Positions 27,616-39,764 of a DNA stretch of 64,000 nucleotides are shown in pieces. The first letter of the stretch is position 1. Each line of letters starts with the position of its first letter. The stretch is from Mobula hypostoma (Eukaryota): assembly GCF_963921235.1 (NCBI RefSeq), contig NC_086108.1, positions 2,790,001 through 2,854,000 of the forward strand, in the 5' to 3' direction. The position numbers and the translations under genes were made by a program. The notes under the pieces were generated by a model. The model was not told the origin of the DNA and did no database searches. It saw only the letters and a program-made list of their open reading frames with translations.

Positions 27616-29674
27616 CAATTGAATAACTACTTTGGTTCTGTCTTCACTAAGGAGGACATAAAAAATCTTCCAGAATTAAGGGAGAGAGGGTCCAGTGAGA
27701 TGGAGGAAAGTGGTGTTAGGTAAATTGAAGGGATTAAAGGTAGATAAATTCTCAGGGCCAGATGGTCTGCATCCCAGAGTGCTTAAGGAAGTAGCCCATG
27801 AAATAGTGGATGCATTAGTGATAATTTTTCAAAACTCTTTAGATTCTGGACTAGTTCCTGAAGATTGGAGGGTGGCTAATGTAACCCCACTTTTTAAAAA
27901 AGGAGAGAGAGAGAAACCGGGGAATTATAGACCGGTTAGCCTAACGTCGGTGGTGGGGAAACTGCTGGAGTCAGTTATCAAAGATGTGATAACAGCACAT
28001 TTGGAAAGCAGTGAAATCATCGGACAAAGTCAGCATGGATTTGTGAAAGGAAAATCATGTCTGACGAATCTCATAGAATTTTTTTGAGGATGTAACTAGT
28101 AAAGTGGATGGGGAGAACCAGTGGATGGGGTATATTTGGATTTTCAAAAGGCTTTTGACAAGGTCCCACACAGGAGATTAGTGTGCAAACTTAAAGCACA
28201 TGGTATTGGGGGTAAGGTATTGATGTGGATAGAGAACTGGTTGGCAGACAGGAAGCAAAGAGTGGGAATAAACAGGACCTTTTCAGAATGGCAGGCAGTG
28301 ACTAGTGGGGTACCGCAAGGCTTAGTGCTGGGACCCCAGTTGTTTACAATATATATTAATGACTTAGATGAGGGAATTAAATGCAGCATCTCCAAGTTTG
28401 CAGATGACACGAAGCTGGGCGGAAGTGTTTGCTGTGAGGAGGATGCTAAGAGGATGCAGGGTGACTTGGATAGGTTTGGTGAGTGGGCAAATTCATGGCA
28501 GATGCAATTTAATGTGGATAAATGTGAGATTATCCACTTTGGTGACAAAAAGAGGAAAACAGATTATTATCTGAATGGTGACCAATTAGGAAAAGGGGAG
28601 GTGCAACGAGACCTGGGTGTCATTATACACCAGTCATTGAAAGTGGGCATGCAGGTACAGCAGGCGGTGAAAAAGGCGAATGGTATGCTGGCATTCATAG
28701 CAAGAGGATTCAAGTACAGGAGCAGAGAGGTACTACTGCAGTTGTACAAGGCCTTGGTGAGACCACACCTGGAGTATTGTGTGCAGTTTTGGTCCCCTAA
28801 TCTGAGGAAAGACATTCTTGCCATAGAGGGAGTACAAAGAAGGTTCACCAGATTGATTCCTGGGATGGAAGAACTTTCATATGATGAAAGACTGGATTGA
28901 CTAGGTTTATACTTGTTGGAATTTAGAAGATTGAGGGGGAATCTTATTGAAACATAAAATCCTAAAGGGATTGGACGGGCTAGATGCAGGAAGATTGTTC
29001 CCGATGTTGGGGAAGTCCAGAACGAGGGGTCACAGTTTGACGATAAAGGGGAAGCCTTTTAGGACCAAGATTAGGAAAACCTTCTTCACACAGAGAGTGG
29101 TGAATCTGTGGAATTCTCTGCCACAGGAAACAGTTGAGGCCAGTTCATTGGCTATATTTAAGAGGGAGTTAGATATGGCCCTGTGGCTACAGGGGTCAGG
29201 GGGTATGGAGGGAAGGCTGGTGCAGGGTTCTGAGTTGGATGATCAGCCATGATCATAATAAATGGCAGTGCAGGCTCGAAGGGCCGAATGGCCTATTCCT
29301 GCACCTATTTTCTATGTTTCTATGTTTCTATGATATGTATCTGTTACCATCCACTGCCTTTAGATTCATGTTCTTGCAGACTTCTACAGGGAAAAAAGAA
29401 ATGGAATAGAATTTATGAAGAACTATACATAAAGACTGACAAAGAACTAGTGTTCAAAAGAAGACAGACTGTAAATAAAAACAATACCGGGAGCATCAGT
29501 TGTCAGAGTCCTGGAAAGCGAGTTTACAGATCAGGGAATCAGTTCATTTGGTACATTGGCCTTTATTAATTGTAGTATTGAGTGTAAGAGCTGGAATGTT
29601 ATGATGAGGTTGTATAAGGCATTGGTGAGGCCGAATCTGGAGTATTGTGTTCAGTTTTGGTCACCAAATTACAG

Positions 29675-30905
29675 GTGAGAAAGAGGGAGACAGTTAGTGA
29701 AGGAGAACGAGAGACGGCAGATAGATAGTGACGAAGAGAGGGGGGAGCAGGGAGACAAAGACAGTGAAGGAGAGGGAGCCTGAGACAGTGAGGGTGGAGT
29801 GGGAGATGGAGACAGAAATAGTGAGGAAGAAAATGATGTCGAGGGAGTCGGTGGTATTAATGGGGAGGGAGAGCGAGAGGGACACAGATACTGAGGGTGA
29901 GAGTGAGGGAGAGGGAGTCTAGAAAGAGATAGTGAGGAGGAAGGAGCGGGGGAGAGACACACAGAGGTAGTGATTTGAGGGAATGGGAGAGGGATCCGAG
30001 ATAGTGAGGAGGGACGGGGATAGGGAGGCAGAGATGAGGGAGAAGAAGTTGACAGATAGTGAGGGAAGCGAGAGAATAGACAGAGGTCATGAGGGAGAGG
30101 GAGACAGATAGTGAGGGGGAGGGAGAGGGAGATAGTAAGGGAGTGGGAGAAAGAAACAGATAGTGAGGGAGAATAAGGGGAGAGGAAGAGGGAGACAGGG
30201 ATAGTGAGGGAGAGGAAAAGGGAGATAAATATATTGAGGGAGAAGGAGACGGAGAAAGTGAGGGAGACAGATTGTGAGGGAGGGAGATAGAGATAGTGAG
30301 GAAAGGAAGAGAGAGACGGAGAGAGTGAGGGAGAGGTAGACAGTAAAGGGGAAGGAGTGAGAGACGAAATACTGAGAGAGAGGGAGATTGTGAGAGAGAT
30401 TTGAGAGGGTGTGATAGAGGGAGACAGATAGAGAGGGTGAGGGGGAGGAAGAGAGAGAGTGAAGAAGAGGGTGTGGGAGACTGAGGGAGGGAGAGGGAAG
30501 GAATGGGGAGGAGGAGAAATGGGGTTTGAAGTGGGGAGTGAGAGGGACACAAAGAGGCAGGGGGGCAGATGGGGGAGAAAAAGAAGATGGAGAGACGGGG
30601 TGGTAAAGGAGAAGAAAGGGAGGAAAGGGGGAGTGGCTTGCTGGAGTGGGTCTGGGGGGAGGGAGATGGGGGGAGGGACATTAGGAAGACGGAGATTAGG
30701 ACGGGGAGAATGGAAAATAGGGGAGGGTGTGGGGGAGAGATAGGGCGAGAGAGTGTGGGTTTAAATTGAGGGTCGGGACAGAGGGAGAGATAACAAGGCG
30801 GAGAGAGGGAGGATGTTCATGCATTCATACTCGCGGAGAGAGAAGGATGAGACAAGACGACTGGAAGGAGCGAGGGAGGGAGAGCCGGGAGGCTGGAGGG
30901 AGAGG
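29675..30905. repeat. Purine-rich low-complexity tract in intron 1
   Basis: Degenerate GAGACAGATAGTGAGGGA-like units over about 1.2 kb. Confidence 0.9.
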
Positions 30906-30971
30906 GTGGCCTGGCCGGGGAGAGCGGAGAACAACAGCGAATCCGCAGCGCCACCGGAGCTCCCGGCTCTG

Positions 30972-30992
30972 CTCTCTGTCCATGGAGCTGAA
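30972..30992 (-). promoter_or_regulatory. RE1/NRSE-like REST binding site in intron 1
   Basis: TTCAGCTCCATGGACAGAGAG versus consensus TTCAGCACCACGGACAGCGCC. Correct half-site spacing, about 275 bp downstream of exon 1. Confidence 0.7.
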
Positions 30993-31266
30993 AACATCTC
31001 GAACCCTCGAGAACAGGAGCTTTGGGGATAATATCGCACCTCCCGATAACCATCTGGCATTTAATCTTATATTTTCCATTAACTATTAACCAACCAATCT
31101 CGCCACCTCACACAAAGCACAACTTTTCTATTTTAAATAACACATAACCAGCAAGTCCGTTTAAATAATAGAGCCGACACCAGACAAACAGTATTAACAC
31201 AGTGCAAATAGTATTTAAATACATTTTAACACAATGAAACGCACTTGGATGTTGGAACAACCTTAC

Positions 31267-31312
31267 CCTGGTAACAGAGGAGCATCAAGACCGCGAAACC
31301 CCTGTAAATCAT
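31267..31312 (-). CDS. CCER2: Granin-family precursor (CHGA-like N-terminus, CCER2-like core), coding exon 1: signal peptide MIYRGFAVLMLLCYQ
   Basis: ATG at 31312 (context CACAATG), hydrophobic signal peptide, CAGG|gtaagg donor. 46 nt, ends phase 1 and joins exon 2 in frame. Resembles CHGA MRSAAVLALLLCAGQ-V as recalled. Gene symbol is tentative (alternative: CHGA-like). Confidence 0.8.
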
Positions 31313-31504
31313 TGTGGATCGCGCCTCCCGATGTGTGGGGGGCTTGCAGTTAAGGGCAGACAGACGGAGAAATACAGCATTTAATGAAGAGGTTGAAGAT
31401 GGGATGAGTTCGCTGTAACAAACGGAAAAGCAATGGAAATGAAGGCGGCTCGACCGTCTCCGCTAAGGAGATCTGAACCAACCTGGAATATTCAAGCGAT
31501 TGTG

Positions 31505-31538
31505 TTTTTAAATAGCCGGACCAGAGGAAGTGATGTCA
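31505..31538 (-). promoter_or_regulatory. Putative core promoter: TATA-like box plus CRE-like/ETS composite
   Basis: Minus-strand TATTTAAAAA at 31514-31505. TGACATCA (one mismatch to TGACGTCA) at 31538-31531, abutting GGAAGT on the plus strand. About 200 bp upstream of the ATG in a locally CpG-richer segment. Confidence 0.55.
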
Positions 31539-33377
31539 ATGGCTGGAGTCTATTATACATATTTTTAAAGGTAAATGCAATCACCATTTATTGTCTGGGA
31601 CCGAAACTAGAACAGTCCTTGAGGCACTCGGATTAACATCAACGTAACAAAACGGCCCTTTAATTAAAGCTTAGGTACCAGGTCTGAGAACGACAAAACG
31701 CCGCAGGTGCCTGAAACATGAAATAAAATCAGAAAATGTCACTGTTGCTGGTCGGCGGGCCAGGCGGCATTTGCGGAGAGGGAAAGGGTTTAAATCAGAA
31801 TTGGTCTTTGTCTGAAATATTTACTCTGTTCTTGTCCTTAACCCTGCTTTGATTTCTAACAATAGACAGTACAGTGTCTAAGATTTTTGCACTGGCTTTA
31901 AAATAAAAAACAAATGTCATGATATATGTGAGTGATGATAAACCTGATTCTGATCTGGGTCTCTGTTGCGGACTGAGATTGGGAAAGGGGCAGGGAGAAG
32001 GGGTTCATGGTTGGGAAAAAGGAAAGGGAGAGGGGAGGGAGCGGGAAGCACCAGAGAGACATTCTGCAATGATCAATAAACCAATTATGTGGAATCAAAT
32101 GTCCCTGCCTGGTGTCTCAGGGCTGGGTGTGTCTGCACCCACATCACCCCGTCCCTGGCACTCCTTCTCTGCTCCTCCAGCTGTCCCACTCCCCTCCTGC
32201 AGTGCACCACCCTCGTCATTCCCAACGTCCTTGCTCTCCTCAGCTTTACAAACTGACTCACTGGTCCACGTTGACACATACAGTACTGGGCAAAAGGCTT
32301 AGGGTAGGGTGCACAGTACTGAATTTTCAGAAATCACCTACTGTTTTTTTCCCCCAAGACCACGGTGTTATAGTTCTTTCAAAATCTTCTTTAAACAACA
32401 ATCTGATCATTGCTATCACAGACTACTAGATGACCTGGGCACTCACGATAAGGCCGGCATTCATGATGAATCTGTTTGCCCTTGAGAAGGCGGGGGCGGG
32501 CTGTTTCTTCAATGGCTGCTGTTTCTCTGGGGAAGATGCTCCTACCGTGTTGTTAGGCTCGGGGTTCTGGGATTTAAATCCAAGGACAGTAGCTAAACAA
32601 TACATTTCTGAGCCGCTTGGAAGGGAAGTTGGCGATGCTGATGTGTCTAGGCATATACCACCTTCTATATTTGGGTGGTAAAGTCACAGGTTTGGAGATG
32701 CTGTTAGTCGGGGTAGCAGGGTGGAGATACTGTATGTCTCTATCAAAGGGGGTGTAAGGTGCTTCTTTCCTCCGCTAGCCTGCAGGTCATCCATGGGCAA
32801 AGTGTAGCAGCTGCTTAGTCCCCCCACCCCAGACCAGGGTCATGTGAAACCGTGGGAGCAGGTGGTGGATGGTCGTATGAGCAGCCGGTGCAGATCACAA
32901 GTCCTGGTTATGTGACCACTGACTCCAGGCAGAAAATCTCTGAAGAGTATTGATAATGGCTGGGGTCACCCGTCTTGTAAAGACACTGCCCAGAAGAAGG
33001 CAATGGCAAACCACTTCTGTAGGAAAATTTGCCAAGGACAATCACGGTCACCATGATTGCCCACGTCATACGGCACTGCGTATAATGATAATTATGGTGA
33101 TGTTAGTCAAGAAGTTATATAAAAATTCAGCGCAGAAACCAATTCCTTCATGCCAGCCAGGATGCCAATCGAACCTAGTCTAATTTGCCTGCCCTATCCC
33201 TCTAAATCTTTCCTGTCCATGCACCTTGTCCAAATTGTTAAATGTTATTGTTCCTCCTGTCTGAACCACTTGCTCTGGCAACTCACTCCTTATACCCACC
33301 ACCCTCTGTGTGAAGAAGTTGCCCATTGTAATCTTTCCCCTTGTTCGGAGAGCCGTTCGCCGAGCGTGTTGGTGGGG

Positions 33378-33422
33378 ACGCGAACGTTTCGTCACCCAGT
33401 CGAAGTGACATCATCAGTGCGC
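33378..33422 (-). ncRNA. Minimal hammerhead ribozyme motif (second Penelope-type family)
   Basis: GCGCA-CTGATGA-T-GTCAC(TTCGACTGG)GTGAC-GAAAC-GTT-CGCGT. A decayed relative lies at ~61120-61156. Confidence 0.65.
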
Positions 33423-33939
33423 AATTGAGTGTTGTTTCTGCCGAGAGCTCACGTTTACATTGTTCCGACTATTTATATTGTTCTATCGATCGGCTGTGTC
33501 GCCGGCCGCTCGTCCCCGTTGGGAGAGCTGAGTGATTCCGCCAACACGCTGTGAGCGTTGGTTCCCCGGGTGTCAGAGGCTCACCCCCGGCCCCCGATCC
33601 TCTCATCTTAAACCTACCTCACCCCCATTTTTGATTCCCTTTTCCTGTGTAATGTATCCCGTTTGTGCCCCTATGACTTTATACGCCTCTATAAGGTGTC
33701 TCCTAAGCTCCAAGGAGTAAAGTTCTAACGTATCCAACCTATAACTCACGCCCCCGAATCCCGGCAAAATTTTTGAAAAAGACTTGGCAGTCATCCCAGT
33801 TTAGTGACTCGGAGTATTATGCTGTGGTCCAGCTGCCTCGTTTTTGGAAGGATGTGAAAGCTTTAGGAGGGGTACAGAGAGATTTACCAGGTGTTGCACC
33901 TCGGCAGGGCAAATGCAAGGAGACAGTTAAGGGCGAGAT

Positions 33940-34620
33940 CCTTAACAGAGTTGCTGAGCCCAGAGGCCTTGGGTCCAAGTTCATAGCTCCTTGAATGCGA
34001 CTACACAGGTCGATGTGGTTAAAAAGGTTTATGGAATGCTTGCATTGAGTTTAAAAGTCAGGAGGTTATGTTGCAAACTTATAAAATTCTGGTTAGGGCA
34101 CATCTAGAGTATTGCGCACTGTTCTGGTCGCCCTCTGCAGGAAGGGTGTTGAGGCTTTGGAGAGGGTGCAGAAGAGGTTTACCAGGATGCTGTCTGGTTT
34201 AGAGAGCGTGTGCTATCATGAGAGGCTGGATAAACTTGGGTTGTTTTCTCTGGAGTGTCGGAGGCTGAGGGGAGATCTAATAGAGGTTTATTGAAGATTG
34301 TGAGAGAAATAGAGTGGACAGGGAGTATCTGTTTCCCAGAGTTAAAATGTCTAATACCAGAGGGCATGCATTGAAGGTAAGAGAGGGTAGGTTCAAGTGG
34401 GATATGAGGGGTAACTTTTTAATCAGAGAGTGGTGGATGCGTTGCCTGGTCTGATGGTAAAGGCAAACACATTAGAGGTTTTTAAGAGACATTTGGATAG
34501 GCACATGGATGTGAGGAAGATGGAGGGATATGGACATGGTGTAGGGAGGAGGAATCAGTGTTTGGGTGTTTTTGATTTGCTTTGTAGCCGGTTCGACACA
34601 ACACTGTGGGCTGTACTGAT
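33940..34620 (+). mobile_element. CR1 3' fragment
   Basis: LERVQKRFTRML...LRGDLIEVY. Confidence 0.85.
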
Positions 34621-35529
34621 GTACGTTTGTACATTTATGAGGGTTGGTGTGGTGAGCTAAGGCCTTTCTCTTTAGAGAGAAAGAGAATAAAAATGACTCG
34701 ATAGAGGTGTACAGGATTTTAAAAGGCATAAATCAAGTGGACAGCCAGAGACTTTTTCCCAGGGTGAGGGGCATAATTTTAAGGTGACTGGAGGGAAATA
34801 TCGGAGGGGATGTCAGAGGTAAGTTCTTTACGTAGAGAGCAGCGGGTGTGTGGTGGATTCTGAGGCAGTAGTACAGGCAGATATGGGTAGTGGGTAGTGG
34901 CTCCATATGTCACTACTACAGGGCGGTGACGACCCTACCTTACACGAGTCCCGGGCTCAGCTGGCTCCGGCTGACAGTACCCGGTATGGGCCCCTATCCA
35001 GGGTTACGGATCCCACTGCCTTGTGGGTATCTTCGGGAGAAGAAAAGGCTGAGGAGTAAACCCTACACAAATCCGGAGTGGAGCCCCTAAGGCGGTTGGA
35101 TGACATATCACGTCACCTCCCGGCAGCTCCTGCAGCCAAGCTGATGCCAAATGTACTGCTTCGCATTCCTTTGCACCACTTCCGCAAGGCCGAGAGGGGG
35201 ATCTTGATGTCTGGGCAGCACAGGATCTCCATATTCATCACCCAGGTCTGTGCCCTGGAGAAAAACCGGGAGCATCCATTGTCTACTTAGACAGACGGAG
35301 CCATTAATAAATTAATTAGTAGAGGCAGATTCATTAGGGACATTTAATAGACTCTTAGATAGATACACGTGGATGATAGAAAAACGGAGGGGTAATTGGG
35401 AGGGATCGTGGTGTAGATTAAAAAGTCAACACAACATCGTGAGCTGTAAGAGCTGTACTGTGCTATGTTCTCGCTCTTAATACATACTTCAGATCCACTA
35501 CTTAGCTCTGTGTCCTGACTGGCTGCATT

Positions 35530-36660
35530 TGTTGTAATGGGGCATAGGGAGCGGACCCAAGAGCAGGTCATAGACACGTAAGTAGCATTAACAGAAGTGT
35601 GTTTATTAATAGTTGCCAGGAAAGCCGGGGAGCGAGGATAGAATGCTTACACGGACTAGGATGCAGGACAACAAAACAGGAGGAGCTCGGACACAGAGCC
35701 TGGTCTTGGACTTGGATTTGGACCCGGAGCCTGGATTTAGACTTGGACTTGGACTTGAGCTTGGACTTGGACATGGACTTAGACACAGAGCAAGGACTTG
35801 GACACAGAGCCTGGACTTGGACTCGGACTTGGACACAGAGCCTGGATTTGGACTCGGACTTGGACACAGAACCTGGATTTGAACTTGAACTTGGACACAG
35901 AAAGACAGAATACCCAACTCGGAGTAGCAGCAAATGGCCGGACCTACTCAACTGGAAACGAGGCGACCAAATCAAACAACAACAGACAATCCATAGCTTG
36001 ACACGGAGTAGCTCATGAACCGGCGAACGGCCAGCACTCAGCTGGACATGAAGAGACAGAATTCCCAACTTGGAGTAGTGGCAAATGGCCGGACCTATTC
36101 GGCTGGAAACAAGACGACTAACCCAACCAACAACTGACAATGCGAATCTTGACATGGAGTAGCTCATGAAGCAGCAAATGGCCGGCAATCCCTTAGCTGG
36201 ACACAAAGAGATAGAATTCTCAACTCGGAGTAGTGGCAAACGGCCGGACCTACTCAGCTGGAAACGAGATGGCAAAAACCAAACAATGACAGTCCATTTG
36301 TATCTTGGCTCTGAGTGGCGGCAATTGGCCAGCAAATCTCAGTCGGACATGAAAACGACAGAATTTGCATCCTGACTCAGAGTAGCAGCAAAACGGCCAG
36401 CAACTCATCTGGACACGAAAACGACTGGATTCACTAAGCAGCCACAGGCACCGAAGCAACTTAGAGTCCAGGATTCTCGGTGGCTCTGGGACAAGCATAG
36501 CCGCACTGGCTACGGTGATGAACCAGCAGCGAGTAGATGTAAACTGGAGGTTTTATGCTGCTGGTTCGAATGAGGATCAGATGCCCTAATCAGGGAACCC
36601 AGTGGAACACGGGTAAAGGAAATTAACTGAAATGAGAAGTCAGCAGACCGGACCGTGACA
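35530..36660 (-). mobile_element. Solo LTR (Gypsy/BEL-type) with internal (GGACTT)-based repeats
   Basis: TG...CA termini; 5-bp TSD GCATT at 35525-35529 and 36661-36665; minus-strand AATAAA at ~35602; splits a Rex1-type fragment. Confidence 0.85.
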
Positions 36661-38992
36661 GCATTATGATCTGGTATGGCAATCTGAACGCACTGGAATG
36701 TAAGAAAGTACCAGACTCAGCCCAACACATAAAACATATAGATTTGTCACATTTGTGTCATCGTTTGCGACGTGCTGGAGGTAGCCCCCAGAGTTGCCAT
36801 GCTTCTGACACCTGCACAGCGTGCGCACAACTCACTGCCCCTAACCATAGGTCTTTGGAATGTGGGAGGAATGGTTAGAGAAAACATGCAAGCTCCTTCC
36901 AGACATCAGCAGTAATCAAAGCCCGATCACTGACTGCTGGAGCTGAAACCATAAGACCACAAGATATAGGAGCAGAATTAGGCCATTTGGCCCATCAAGT
37001 CTGTTCTGCCATTTCATCATGGCTGATCCATTTTCCTCTCAGCTCCAATCTCCTGTCTTTTCCTCGTAACCTTTCATGCCCGGACCAATCAAGAACCTAT
37101 CAACCTCTGCTTAAATATACCCAATGACTTGGCCTCCACAGCCCCCTGTGGCAACATATCCCACAGATTCACCATTCTCTGGCTAAAGAAATCTCTCCTC
37201 ATCTCCATTCTAAAAGGACATCTCTCTATTCTGAGACAATATTCTCACCATAAGAAACATCTTCTCCACATCCACTCTATCGAGGCCTTTCAACATTCAA
37301 TAGGTTTCATTGAAATCTCCCCCTCAGTCTTCTGAATTCCAGTGAGTACAGGCCCAGAGCCATCAAACGTCCTCATATGATAAGCCTTTCAATCCTGGAA
37401 TGATTGTTGTGATTGTGCTAACTGCTATGCTGACGTGCCATGGGCACAACCCTCCCCACTACTGGTAATATCTACAGGGGGTGCTGCCTCCATAAGTTAA
37501 CATCTGCCAAAGATCCCCACCAGCAGGCTATGCATCTTCCTTGCATTGAACAGGCGATACAGAACCCTGAAGTCCCACACCACCAGGTTCAAGAACAGCA
37601 ACTTCCCTCCAACCATTCGACTCTTGAACCAACGCTAACCACTCCATCATTATAGCAATACTATGACCACTTTGATCACTTTACACAAAACTGGACTTAC
37701 TTTGTTTGAATTGTGTTCTTTCTTGTGAAAGAAATATGGATAATTGATAATTTTTTCTTGACAATGCAGCTTATGAGATGCGATGTGTTTGTGATACTGC
37801 TGCAAGTAAAATTTTTAATTGCACCTATGCATACGTGTACTTGTACACATGGCGATAAATGTACTCTGGCAACACAATAGCGTAGCAGTTAGTGTGACCC
37901 TATTACAGCTCAGGGTGTCAGAGTTCAGAGTTCAATTCTGATGCTGTCTATAAGGATTTTGTACACCCTCCCTGTGAATGCCCAAGTGCCCCAGTTTCCT
38001 CCCACATTCCGAAGAATTATCAGTTAATAAATTAATTGGTCATTGTAAATTGTCCTGCAGTTAGACTAGGGTTAAATAGGTGGTTTTCTGGGTGGCGTGG
38101 CTCATTTGGCTGCAAGAGCCTATTGGATCTATTTAATTCTTAGATTAGACAGTTTAATTTTTCCTTTCTTTGCAGATTAACAATTAATTATCTGCTTGTA
38201 TTTTATACAAGTTTAATAATGGCTGTACAAAATATAATTCTGCAAAGCTCTGGAAATTTGTTTTGTGTTACTTCAGTAAGTGTATCTTATCGGCTAAGTG
38301 CAGTTTTCAAATGAGTACTTTTTAATGGGGTGTCTCTTATCTACAAATTTGAATGGAATTTTTCTTATCCTTGGGTACAAAAATGCTGTTTTATGCCAGG
38401 CGCTATGTTTAGTTTCTCTCTTTTCTTCAACTAGTAGACCACTATCACTGTCCTGTTCTACTTCCCTTTGTTCCATCAACTCTTAATAAAACAATTGTGG
38501 AGCAACAAATTTTGTGCCTCTTTCCTGACTTCCAACAGAATCTTGGATTTAAGCATCAAAATCCAACAGGCCTGTTCTGCGCTGTATCACCAAATTTAAA
38601 AATAAATTAACTGGACTGACTTCAATGGGAGTGAATCGAAAAGGTATTTGATTCAACATGGTTCTGTATCATGATGTAATCCTTGAGCCATTGAAAACTC
38701 TATTCAGAGTTCTTACACTTCGTCCCACCTAATCCCTGAGATTGAAAGGACCTTTCCTCTGTCACATTGGCAAAACCTTTTGTTCTGAATGTGTAATGAA
38801 TTTTCTGACAGGGCTTGTAGGTTGCATTATTAATTCTGACACAAGTCCAATTACCACATGGGGGGAGAGGTGGAGATATGTGAAGCCATGGGAGCAGGTG
38901 TTGGGTCATTGTATGAACAGCTGGTGCATATCACAAGTCCTGGTTATGTGACCACTGACACCGGACAGACAATCTCTGAACACTATTAAAAA

Positions 38993-39764
38993 CACTGGAC
39001 AAAAGTGTTGCTTTCTCAGAATTTTTTTTTTGTTTATGACAGACCGCTTGAAACTGAACACCAATATAATTCCAGACAATTTGTATCATGTAGGAATTTG
39101 GAGAAACAAGAAATTAACTTCTATAACATGTTTAATTGCATAATGGTGGTGACGCTTTGCAATAGTTCAACTAAACTAAAAATGTTTTCTTGATGATTTT
39201 CGTTTATACGCAGTGTCTGAGGCTTCTCATTCAACTGTCCAACAACAATCAGCCAGCATTGATGGATTCCAGTTGCCCTGATATGGTTTCTCCATGACCA
39301 CAATGTCCTGGTGAAACCTTTCACTATGTTTATCACTGACAGTGCCAAGATTTGCACTAAATGGGAACACAGAAAATAAATCTTTAGTGACATGTTGCAC
39401 TTCATGGTTTTGTATGCTTGAAGCACCTTGTCAACCAGCTGTATGTAGTTTGGTGCTCTGTAGTTGCCAAGAAAATTTTCAGCAACATCCTTAAATGCCT
39501 TCCATGTGACTTTCTCCAGTCCCACTAGAAGTTCTTCAAATTGCCTGTCATTGATGACCTGTTTGATTTGTGGACCAACAAAAATGCCTGCCTTAATCTT
39601 GGCATCAATTATTCTGAATGAATTATGAATTGAAATAACAAATATAGGCACTTTCAAAAAAATGGTGTGTGATATGGAAATGTCATGGTGATTTTCATCA
39701 GTGGCTGAAAATTCATGAGATATGCCCAAAGGTATTCAGAAATCTAAATCTTTGTTGCTCAGTG
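38993..39764 (-). mobile_element. Internally deleted Chapaev3-like DNA transposon
   Basis: CACTG...CAGTG termini with TAA on the right flank. ORF 39121-39729 with KIKAGIFVGPQIK...FLGNYRAPNY...MSLKI. Inserted in a copy of the repeat also seen at 32730-33100. Confidence 0.75.

Larger units (their letters stand above)
26243..29332 (+). mobile_element. CR1 LINE (end of endonuclease through 3' tail), interrupted by a Penelope-like insert
   Basis: GNSDHNMVEF, RT motifs and (TTTCTATG)n tail. Same family as 40532-41780 and 42385-44347. Confidence 0.95.

Noticed and set aside
29669..30769. 293-aa and 274-aa Ser/Leu/Pro-rich ORFs
   Set aside because: Artefacts of a low-complexity purine tract.
35568..36335. 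255-aa ORF and overlapping repetitive ORFs
   Set aside because: They lie inside a solo LTR and arise from its hexamer repeats.
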